A stretch of 64,000 nucleotides of DNA from a bacterium (lineage in GTDB: Bacteria; Electryoneota; Electryoneia; Electryoneales; Electryoneaceae). Positions 56,611 through 64,000 of this stretch are shown here, piece after piece. Under the pieces are notes generated by a model. That model was not told where the DNA came from, made no database searches, and worked only from the letters and a program-made list of their open reading frames with translations. Both the position numbers and the translations under genes were made by a program. Location: NCBI GenBank assembly GCA_963675295.2, contig CAXXKJ010000002.1:2816001-2880000 (forward strand), read 5' to 3'. Numbering within the stretch: position 1 is the first letter of the stretch; every line of letters begins with the position of its first letter.

Positions 56611-56639
56611 GAAGGTACATTCTGGTGAATCTGCAACGA

Positions 56640-57104
56640 CTATTCGTCGCGATTCGGGAGAACGGAACGGACCATGTTTTCCGCGGTCTTATCTACGACT
56701 TCCGGTCGGTCGTAGAACCCGGACTGCGCGCGTGCGCGGACGACATTGACATCCCCCTGCGCCGGTGTCGAGATGGACTCATCGGTCAGCTTGCCGGCGA
56801 TGGCATCGAGGACTTCGGGCTTGTCGTAGTGGCCGGAGGCGATACGTGCACGAACTTCCGCCAGCTTCTCGGAGCGGTCAACCTCACCGTACGCTTCACG
56901 GTGCAGTTCAGCCATTTCCTGGTACCGTGCGACCTCGGCGGCATTTGCCGAGATATTGGCACGATCAACACCGGAGGAAGCGCTCTGCTGCGCTGCCTTC
57001 GAAGTTTGCTCGTTTTCGGCCGAATCGGTCCGCCGTACCGGGTCCGTGGGTTTGGATCCGGGTACGCCGGTCGGGCCGACACGATCAATTCCGTTGCTGT
57101 ACAT
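56640..57104 (-). CDS. flgM: anti-sigma28 factor FlgM with duplicated C-terminal motif
   Basis: DRANIS, RSEKLAEVRARIASGHY FlgM signature; directly downstream of fliS. Confidence 0.8.
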   Translation of the reverse strand: MYSNGIDRVGPTGVPGSKPTDPVRRTDSAENEQTSKAAQQSASSGVDRANISANAAEVARYQEMAELHREAYGEVDRSEKLAEVRARIASGHYDKPEVLDAIAGKLTDESISTPAQGDVNVVRARAQSGFYDRPEVVDKTAENMVRSVLPNRDE

Positions 57105-57132
57105 ACCTGCTCCCGATGTCGGGGGTACAGAA

Positions 57133-57540
57133 TTACGCCGAGAAACTCGCGGCGGCGTTTTCCTGCCTCAACTTCCGGCTGGCCTCGTCCCACGCCTGGT
57201 GCAGATCGCTCATCATGTCCACAATCGGGTTGAGCCGGTCTGCATCGTTGGTGGCGTTTGCGGTGACGATCTCCCGCTGGAAGAATTCGTAGAGCGCGTT
57301 CAGCTTGTCCGCGACTTCGCCGCCTTTTTCCGGATTCAACGACTTCCGCAACTCGCTGATCAGCCCGAAGGCGAGGTCAATGTTGCGTGTCCGGCTGGCG
57401 TAGTCCTTGTCACGAATCGCGCGCTGGGCCTCTTTTAGACCGCGCACGGCAGCTTCGTAACTGGTGACCACAAGCCCGACCGGGCTGGCGGTTTCGAACG
57501 TAACGTTGTTGTATTGCGCGTACGGATTCAGCTGCGCCAT
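57133..57540 (-). CDS. fliS: flagellin export chaperone FliS
   Basis: TASPVGLVVTSYEAA, ISELRKSLNPEKGGEVADKLNALYEF, LHQAW. Confidence 0.95.
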   Translation of the reverse strand: MAQLNPYAQYNNVTFETASPVGLVVTSYEAAVRGLKEAQRAIRDKDYASRTRNIDLAFGLISELRKSLNPEKGGEVADKLNALYEFFQREIVTANATNDADRLNPIVDMMSDLHQAWDEASRKLRQENAAASFSA

Positions 57541-57605
57541 CTGCTGTACCTCATGTTAGGCCTGCGCGGAGATCATCCGCAAGTCGGCCAAGGGGTCTAA
57601 ACGTA

Positions 57606-57632
57606 CTATCGGCAATCTTTGTAAAAACTTCA
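57606..57632 (-). promoter_or_regulatory. sigma28 (FliA) promoter for fliS-flgM
   Basis: Minus strand TGAA-N15-GCCGATAG. Confidence 0.75.
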
Positions 57633-57652
57633 CTCCGTCATCCGGATACAGG

Positions 57653-59281
57653 TCAGCCAACCCACTGCGCCTGCGACTGCGCCTGGGATACAGCCTGCTC
57701 CATCGCGAGGAATTGCTGCGTCAGGATCTCGCGTTTGATCCGCAGGCGCCGTTCGAACGATTCAATCTGGCGGTCGAGGCTTTCGATGGAATCGTTGTAG
57801 ACGTCTTTCGCCTGCTTGATGAAACCGTCCACCGAATCCTGCGCCAGTTCCACGAATCCGTCAAACTGGCTGGCGACACCCTTGCCGACACGGACGGTTG
57901 CGGTAATCGATCCGGCTCCGCCGCCGGGACTGTCGAAATAGAGCCGCAGTCCCTCGACCGGTGTTCCTTCCTGTCCGAGGAGGATATTACCACTTACAAC
58001 GCTCGCCGCATAGCCACCGATGGTGTTGTTCGCGTCCGGATCCAGTTTGCCGTTGGCTAGGTAATGCAGCTCGACGTCGTAGGTTCCGCCGACCGTCTCC
58101 GCTTCCTGCTTGAACAGGCTGAGGTAAGGGCTCGACGAATCGCTGCTCAAGGCGAAGAGTTCGGCGACGGCCTGGGAATCGTCCTCCAACGCATCCCGCA
58201 GCTCATCATCGTCGACCTTCAGCTTGCCGCCGGACGTCAGTTCAATGCCCGCCGCACCGAGTGTCGAGTAGATCGTTCCGGAGGATACGCCGGGGATTTC
58301 TCCGGCGACGATCGACATCAGGTCGGATTTCAGTGTCCGCAAGTTTCCGTCGCTGGCGAGCAGCCCGCGGGTTTCGTTCTCTGCATCGTAAGCGGTATTC
58401 GCCTTGATGTCGACCATCAGGGCGTTGTACGACGCCACCCACTCCTCGATGGCGTTGATCGTTTCGGTGTTGTCTTGCGCAACCGAAATATTGACTTCGG
58501 ATGCAGTGACGTCCTTCAGCTTCAGTGTGACGCCAGTAATCACGTCATCAATGGTGTTACTTGACCGGACCAGCCAATCTCCGGCCGGGTAACCATCCAC
58601 GCGAATCTGCGCCTGCTGGGCGTCTTTTGTCGTAACCCAACCGCTATCAAATACACCTGATCCAATAGTCGTTCCGGCCGCATTCACCGCGATGCTGTTT
58701 GAAGCTGCTGCTTCGTCCGCAGTCAACACGAGATGAAACGGAGTGCCACTGGATCCGTCATCGATGACGGACGCGGTCACGCCCAGATTATTGTCATCTT
58801 CATTGATCGCATCGATCAGATCTTTCAGCGTCGCCCCGTTCGCGAGGGTGACTGTGTACGTATCTCCTTCAAAGTCATAGGCAAAGTCGTTACCAGATCC
58901 GGTCAGGGACGAAGTCGTCAGATCCGCCCAACCTGTATCATGAACATAAACTTCCTGCTGGGCGAGCTGGTTGACTTCAATACTGTGATTCGAAACGAAC
59001 GCATTGGAATCAGCCGTTGCGGATATGATGTCCGAATCCGAGCTGGACGCGTTCATTGCGAGCAGCTCGCTGGCGGTATCGATTGCCTGGGCTTTCGCCT
59101 GCAGGTCGCTCAGCTTGCTCGAGATAGCAACCCATGCGTCGATGCGGGACTGCTGCTCCGTCTTGCGTGCTTCAAGACGGTAGAGTCCCTGCGACTCGAG
59201 CTGCATGAGCATGTCAACGGTATCCGCCCACTGGATACCGGAGGCAAGCCCGGAAAATGATGCTGTTGAACTTGAAGCCAT
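57653..59281 (-). CDS. fliD: flagellar filament cap protein FliD
   Basis: FSGLASGIQW, VNQLAQ, RSSNTIDDVITGVTLKL, QFLAMEQAVSQ. Confidence 0.95.
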   Translation of the reverse strand: MASSSTASFSGLASGIQWADTVDMLMQLESQGLYRLEARKTEQQSRIDAWVAISSKLSDLQAKAQAIDTASELLAMNASSSDSDIISATADSNAFVSNHSIEVNQLAQQEVYVHDTGWADLTTSSLTGSGNDFAYDFEGDTYTVTLANGATLKDLIDAINEDDNNLGVTASVIDDGSSGTPFHLVLTADEAAASNSIAVNAAGTTIGSGVFDSGWVTTKDAQQAQIRVDGYPAGDWLVRSSNTIDDVITGVTLKLKDVTASEVNISVAQDNTETINAIEEWVASYNALMVDIKANTAYDAENETRGLLASDGNLRTLKSDLMSIVAGEIPGVSSGTIYSTLGAAGIELTSGGKLKVDDDELRDALEDDSQAVAELFALSSDSSSPYLSLFKQEAETVGGTYDVELHYLANGKLDPDANNTIGGYAASVVSGNILLGQEGTPVEGLRLYFDSPGGGAGSITATVRVGKGVASQFDGFVELAQDSVDGFIKQAKDVYNDSIESLDRQIESFERRLRIKREILTQQFLAMEQAVSQAQSQAQWVG

Positions 59282-59345
59282 TTGCTGACCTCCTGCACAA
59301 CGCCGCGTCGTTCAACTTCGCGGCTAACTGTAGGGGGTCCCCACG

Positions 59346-59400
59346 AAAAACACACCCGTGGAGACGGGTTCATGTTCTGAACCCGGGTCTGCCACGGGTG
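59346..59400 (-). terminator. long hairpin terminator between fliC and fliD
   Basis: CACCCGTGG..GGGTTCA-TGTTC-TGAACCC..CCACGGGTG, followed by TGTTTTT on the minus strand. Confidence 0.7.
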
Positions 59401-59450
59401 CGGTAACCTTTCCGGCCGGGATCTCCGAGCCGGACGTACGTAGGATCGAC

Positions 59451-60284
59451 TTAGCCGACGAGGCCGGCGACGATCTGCGGTACCTGGTTCGCCTGCGCAA
59501 GCATCGAGACGCCGGTGTTCATCAGGATCTGAGCACGCACGAAGTTGCTCATTTCCGCGGCGATGTCGGCATCGCGGATCTGCGATTCGGACGCGACTGC
59601 GTTCTCACGCTGGATCTGCAGGTTCAGAACAGTGTTCTGAAGACGTTCGACGTAGGCACCAAGCCGTGTACGTTCCGTATCCTTGGTCGTGATCGCCGAG
59701 TCAAGCGCGGTGATCGACGACTGCGCACTTGCGGTGTCGGACAGAGACAGTGTGTCGAGTCCGAGGGCGCTGCCACGCATGTCGCCCATCGTCACGTAGT
59801 AGTAGTCGTTCCCGGCGGTGTTGTACGTACCGATGTGGAACTTGACACCCGTGGAGGACAGACTCCCGTTCAGCAGATACAGACCGTTGTAGTTGGTCGT
59901 ATTCGCGATACGGGTGATTTCCGAACGCAGCTGCGTGAATTCCGTGTTCAGGTAGGAACGGTCTTCCGAGGTCAGTGCACCGTTCGAGGCTTGGACGGCC
60001 AGGGCGCGCATCCGGACGAGCGTGTCGTCAATCGTCTGCAACGCACCTTCAGCGGTGGCCATCAGGTTGATGTTGTAGTTCGCGTTGCGCTCCGCTTCGT
60101 CCATCGAAGCGATCTGAGCGCGGAACCGCTCACTCACGGCCAGCCCGGCCGGATCATCCCATGCGAAGTTCACCCGGAGACCGGACGACAGGCGTGTGAG
60201 CGCCGTATCCAGATCCAGCTGTGTCGTGTGGATGTTCCTCTGGGCAGTGAGAGCGAGCACATTGTGGTTGATGCGCGTACTCAT
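59451..60284 (-). CDS. fliC: flagellin (short, 277 aa)
   Basis: RINHNVLA, RLSSGLRVN, DDPAGLAVSE, RMRALAVQASNG, SQIRDADIAAEM, SMLAQAN. Confidence 0.98.
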   Translation of the reverse strand: MSTRINHNVLALTAQRNIHTTQLDLDTALTRLSSGLRVNFAWDDPAGLAVSERFRAQIASMDEAERNANYNINLMATAEGALQTIDDTLVRMRALAVQASNGALTSEDRSYLNTEFTQLRSEITRIANTTNYNGLYLLNGSLSSTGVKFHIGTYNTAGNDYYYVTMGDMRGSALGLDTLSLSDTASAQSSITALDSAITTKDTERTRLGAYVERLQNTVLNLQIQRENAVASESQIRDADIAAEMSNFVRAQILMNTGVSMLAQANQVPQIVAGLVG

Positions 60285-60335
60285 GCTTCACCTCCGTTTT
60301 CCACTTGCTTGTAAAGGAAACCCTTGCTGTCGTGT

Positions 60336-60363
60336 TTATCGGAAGGCAGCGGGAAAACCTTTA
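60336..60363 (-). promoter_or_regulatory. sigma28 (FliA) promoter for flagellin
   Basis: Minus strand TAAA-N16-TCCGATAA, about 50 bp upstream of the fliC start. Confidence 0.75.
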
Positions 60364-60562
60364 CCGGTGAGTGAAATTCAGAGTCAGGTTTCTACGAAGA
60401 GAGACACGCGTCAACCGTGCTGGTGTAACTCGTTGAACGTCTTCGTTTGTCAAAGAACTCAAAACGTTTCTGCGCTAAAACCGTAGTCGCGACAAGCGTT
60501 CCACGTTACACGATCCTGAACTGATCACTTGAAGTCTTGCCCGGAGAACTGGGCAAAAAACC

Positions 60563-60964
60563 TCAACCGACATGATCGAAATAACGACTCTCGGGTTGAG
60601 AGCCATACGCCGCGCGCACGTCCTTCATGTACCGCTGGCCCCGGTTCAACTGCTGCCGCTGCTCCTGGATTTTGCCCAGGTTGTGCTGCAATACGGCCTG
60701 TAACTGCCTGTCAGTTTCCCGTATTTCGGCGAGCAGTTCCGGTTCCGCCTGGTCGAACGGGGACGGAATCCCGAATTCCGCCGGCCCTTCCTCCGGCAGA
60801 CCTTCCTCAGGATCGAAGCCCCACAATTCGGCAAGCACTCGCTCGCGGGCGGCCAGTGTATCGGGCAATGCATCCATGTGCTCGATCTTCGCCTGCCGCA
60901 CGGCTGTCTTTGAAAGTTCAAGCAGCGAGTTCAGAAGCTCCGTCTGGCGTATCCGTTCGCTCAC
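60563..60964 (-). CDS. FliT/FlgN-like flagellar chaperone
   Basis: Helical; LAARERVLAEL...EIRETD...AY..SRYFD pattern; GTGA overlap with the upstream gene. Confidence 0.65.
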   Translation of the reverse strand: MSERIRQTELLNSLLELSKTAVRQAKIEHMDALPDTLAARERVLAELWGFDPEEGLPEEGPAEFGIPSPFDQAEPELLAEIRETDRQLQAVLQHNLGKIQEQRQQLNRGQRYMKDVRAAYGSQPESRYFDHVG

Positions 60965-61569
60965 GACTTCCCCAGCGTCTGCAGGTTCGAAAGACCGGTG
61001 GCCCAATCTTCGAGCTGAACCAGCAGTTCGTATTCGATCAGGTCAGCGATCAGGATCGCGTCCCGGTTTTCCTGCGCCTGGACGATTTCGTCGAGGATCG
61101 ACGAGATTTTCCGGGTTAACGCTTCCAGGTTCTGCTGGCCGGCGAGAACGTCGGTCACGTTCACCTGTATCAGCGTGGTGACAGAATGTGTCGTGCGCAG
61201 CAGGACGTGCATCCCATCGACGCAACGGAGCAGGAAATCGTTCGCCTTCTCGAAGCTGCCGGTGCGAAACTCTTCGGCGGTCCGGTTGAGTTCCTTGACG
61301 ACGGCGCCGTGGAAATCGACGATACTTTCCAGCGTTTCGGTGGCGAGATCGAGCGCCTTGGCCGTTTCCAACTCGAAGGAGCCTTCCCCGTTGATCACCT
61401 GCATGTGACGTTCGGGCTTGCCGGTGATGTCTTCACCGTTGTAGCTGACCTTGATAATTCGCAGATCGGTGCTGAGGTCTTGAGCAACGGTGCCGACGAC
61501 ATCGGCGATGGTGTTGGCATCGGGATGGTCGAATCCGAGGTCATTGCCGTCGAGTTTGACTTGAATCAT
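60961..61569 (-). CDS. conserved flagellar-locus hypothetical protein
   Basis: N-terminal beta-grasp-like segment, C-terminal AQENRDAILIADLIEYEL helix motif; ATGA overlap with the glycosyltransferase. Confidence 0.75.
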   Translation of the reverse strand: MIQVKLDGNDLGFDHPDANTIADVVGTVAQDLSTDLRIIKVSYNGEDITGKPERHMQVINGEGSFELETAKALDLATETLESIVDFHGAVVKELNRTAEEFRTGSFEKANDFLLRCVDGMHVLLRTTHSVTTLIQVNVTDVLAGQQNLEALTRKISSILDEIVQAQENRDAILIADLIEYELLVQLEDWATGLSNLQTLGKS

Positions 61570-64000
61570 GACATCCTCCTCTCGGCGGGTACGGAGTGCT
61601 GCATGGCGTTGCGAACCTCGCCGACTATGGTTTTCAGTCGTTGTGTGTAGGTGTGTTCCCGCAGGATGCGCTCACGCGCGCGTTCACTGCGTTTGTACGC
61701 TTCCGCCTCGTGACGCTTGATGTATTTCACCTTGTCACGCGCTTCTGCCGGTGTGTGGAAGGTGAAGCATTCCTGCTTGGCGTCGAACAGTTCGAAAACG
61801 TCTTCCTGCGCATCGGTCAACAACACGCCGCCCGCGCAGGGTACATCGAAAATCCGTTGGTTGACGGACGTTGGCATCTGGAAACTGGTGCTGTTCAGCT
61901 GGATCGATGAGTTGTAGTACAACGCCAGCGCCGGGCCGTAGTCGATCGAAGGATGCAGCGTCGTGGTTGGCATCAGCTCATGCCAGCCCTCATCTCCAAC
62001 GATCTCGAGCCCTGTTGTATGAGCCGCTTCCGCGATGCGTTTGCGATCCTCACGAGTCGCGCGAAATGCGACCAGGGTCGCCATGCGAAGCTTGTCGCCG
62101 TGCGTCCAGTCCTGAGTCATGACGGGATACTGCAGTACTACCTCATTGAGCACGGTCAACGGGTCACGGCGTTCACTGAGCAGCTCCTCGACGGCCATAC
62201 TCAGCATCGGGTCATGGGCGGTACGAGCATTCGCCCGGCGCTCCCATTCCTGCACCGGTTCAACCATCGAGTTAGCGACCCAGCGTGGGCCGCTGAGACC
62301 ATTCCGCTTGCTCGCGAGGGAACCGAATACGGTCTCATCCGTCGCCAGTGGCAGGTACTTGACCCGTTCGAAGCCGTAGTCTTTCAGTTCGTCGATGGTC
62401 TGCTTTTCCCAGGTGTAGATGTGCGCCATCTCCCCGGCAGCGGCGTTATGATCGAGCAGGATGTACTGCGGACGGTCGGCGAACCATGACACGTAGGGTA
62501 GTTGGATCTTCTCGAGCAGCGCCGCCAGTTCGCCGTCCTGATCGAAACCGAGGTGGTTGACCGTAATCAACAGGTCGGCTTCCAGGCTGGACAGCAGCAG
62601 TTGTTCGATCACTTTGCCGTGCTCGAGGTATCGGATCGGGACGACACGATGGCCCAACCGTTCCAGTGCGTTCCGGATCTCACCCTGCAGGTAGTAACCA
62701 CTCTCGAACATCAAAACCGTCAGCCGTTCCTGGCGGAACCGCGGGCGACGGAAACGATCGTAAGGCAAGTCGCTGGTGTCGGACGTCTTCGCCGGTTTGG
62801 CCTTGGCCGGTGCTGGCTGCGCTTCCGGCTTTGACTCATCCAGCAAAGCACGGATTGACGCCGCGAGTCGGTCGAACGTTTCCCCGGTCTGCTTCACCTG
62901 CCACAGCGGGTCCTTGTCGCTGATGTTCTCGATTTCGAAACGGAACAACGCCAGCAGCGGGTGGATGGCTTCGACATGCAGGAAACTGTTCAGCACCTCG
63001 GTTTGCAGCCGGTCAACCTCACCGGCGGCCTGCATCAGTTGATCCTGTTGGCCTTCTCCAGCCAACAACTCCTGCAGAGCACAGCTTGCGGCCAGCCCCT
63101 CTTCCGCCAGATGCAGCAGACGGTTGATGCTGACGCGGTTGGCATCCCGGATCGGGAGCGACACAGGTTTCGTTTTTGGCTGAATCGGCAAGCCGTCGAA
63201 CCGGTGCTTCAGCAGATCACGATACTTCTTGCGGTAGGCATCCTCGGTCGCGGGGGTACCATGCAGCAAGGTCAGATCCCAGAAGCCGTGCTCGTCAAAA
63301 CCGGTGCGCCAGACTCGGACGGGTTGATCCACCAGCACCGCCGGATCAGGATCGCGTTCCTCGAGCAGATCCTCGGCGAGAGTGGCTATCCCATCCGGCT
63401 CGATCTGCCGGTGGCAGTTAAAGTGCGGGCATTGCACCTGGAAATCGCAGGGGAAACAGTCGATTGTCGGCTCAACGACGAGATGCCCCTCGCCGTACGG
63501 CCCAGTTTCCTGCGACAGAGCGTTGCCCAGAGTCAGGCACAGCACCGGTGTATTCACCGATTGGGCGAGGTGCATCGTGCCGGTATCATTGCTGATCACC
63601 AGGTTCGCCGATTCCAGCACTGCCGCGAGACTTTGGATGCTGGTCCGGCCGGCGAGGTTGAACGCCCAGTCACCGAGTCCGGCCATCGCCTCCGTCACCT
63701 GTTCGGCTTCCGCCGGAGTTCCGGTGAACACGATCTGCGCATTGTTGCGTTCATGCAGCAGGCGTGCGACCTGGCCGAATGCCTGCGGGGTCCAGCGCTT
63801 GGACGGATGCGACGCGCCGGTCTGAATCACGACAACCGGGTCGTCTTCGTCGCCGAGCTTGTCTTCCGGCAGTAACGCATTGAGCGACAAACGACCACTG
63901 TCGGAAATGTTGAAGCGTGCAGGTCGGATGCGGCCTTCGTGCCGTCCGGCGAACCCGAGTTGCAGGTCAGCGAGATGGAATGGGTTCATCCCCCGCGCGA
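61566..64000 (-). CDS. glycosyltransferase fusion: GT9 (heptosyltransferase-like) plus DUF3880/CgeB-like GT-B; 5' end outside the window
   Basis: GT9 motifs QTGASHPSKRW, NLAGRTS, SNDTGTMHLA; second module SWFADRP, YLPLATD, VNQRIFDVPCAGG, EHTYTQRL. Confidence 0.88.
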   Translation of the reverse strand, partial: ARGMNPFHLADLQLGFAGRHEGRIRPARFNISDSGRLSLNALLPEDKLGDEDDPVVVIQTGASHPSKRWTPQAFGQVARLLHERNNAQIVFTGTPAEAEQVTEAMAGLGDWAFNLAGRTSIQSLAAVLESANLVISNDTGTMHLAQSVNTPVLCLTLGNALSQETGPYGEGHLVVEPTIDCFPCDFQVQCPHFNCHRQIEPDGIATLAEDLLEERDPDPAVLVDQPVRVWRTGFDEHGFWDLTLLHGTPATEDAYRKKYRDLLKHRFDGLPIQPKTKPVSLPIRDANRVSINRLLHLAEEGLAASCALQELLAGEGQQDQLMQAAGEVDRLQTEVLNSFLHVEAIHPLLALFRFEIENISDKDPLWQVKQTGETFDRLAASIRALLDESKPEAQPAPAKAKPAKTSDTSDLPYDRFRRPRFRQERLTVLMFESGYYLQGEIRNALERLGHRVVPIRYLEHGKVIEQLLLSSLEADLLITVNHLGFDQDGELAALLEKIQLPYVSWFADRPQYILLDHNAAAGEMAHIYTWEKQTIDELKDYGFERVKYLPLATDETVFGSLASKRNGLSGPRWVANSMVEPVQEWERRANARTAHDPMLSMAVEELLSERRDPLTVLNEVVLQYPVMTQDWTHGDKLRMATLVAFRATREDRKRIAEAAHTTGLEIVGDEGWHELMPTTTLHPSIDYGPALALYYNSSIQLNSTSFQMPTSVNQRIFDVPCAGGVLLTDAQEDVFELFDAKQECFTFHTPAEARDKVKYIKRHEAEAYKRSERARERILREHTYTQRLKTIVGEVRNAMQHSVPAERRMS

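Overview
64 kb of a GC-rich bacterial chromosome. Secreted proteins ending in a 'PNPFN...SG(V/L)YF' sorting domain suggest an FCB-group candidate-phylum organism (inference). It is mostly housekeeping DNA, and I found no integrase, transposase, prophage or CRISPR array. In order it holds: a PadR/permease pair, GNAT, nitrilase and ppk2; a C3/C4 node cluster (maeB, Na+-pumping oadGAB-like decarboxylase, GTP-PEPCK) followed by an orphan octaheme cytochrome c; tRNA-Val(TAC); an M28 peptidase; a long minus-strand run (mltG, pcrA, giant TPR protein, nadC, GH57 branching enzyme, galT-like, GT2, folD); DUF3108/DUF4097/LiaF-like envelope genes, cysS, purF and pgi; an lspA-TPM-nucleotidyltransferase-lemA operon; treT, gdh, an HTH-REC regulator, biotin carboxylase and dnaJ; and a late flagellar locus (GT9/CgeB-like fusion, fliT-like, fliC, fliD, fliS, flgM) with two sigma28 promoters. 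The most unusual signals are: (1) a recurring 'stop codon - 7-mer tandem array - palindrome - inverted 7-mer array - stop codon' architecture at convergent gene ends; (2) the LemA/TPM/nucleotidyltransferase module of unknown function; (3) the PEPCK + Na+-OAD + malic enzyme + PPK2 cluster; (4) a FlgM with a duplicated C-terminal motif; (5) a 7-aa-periodic D-[ST]-x glycosylation-sequon array; (6) an M28 peptidase fused to a degenerate M19 barrel. All calls come from motif recognition by eye, with no database search.
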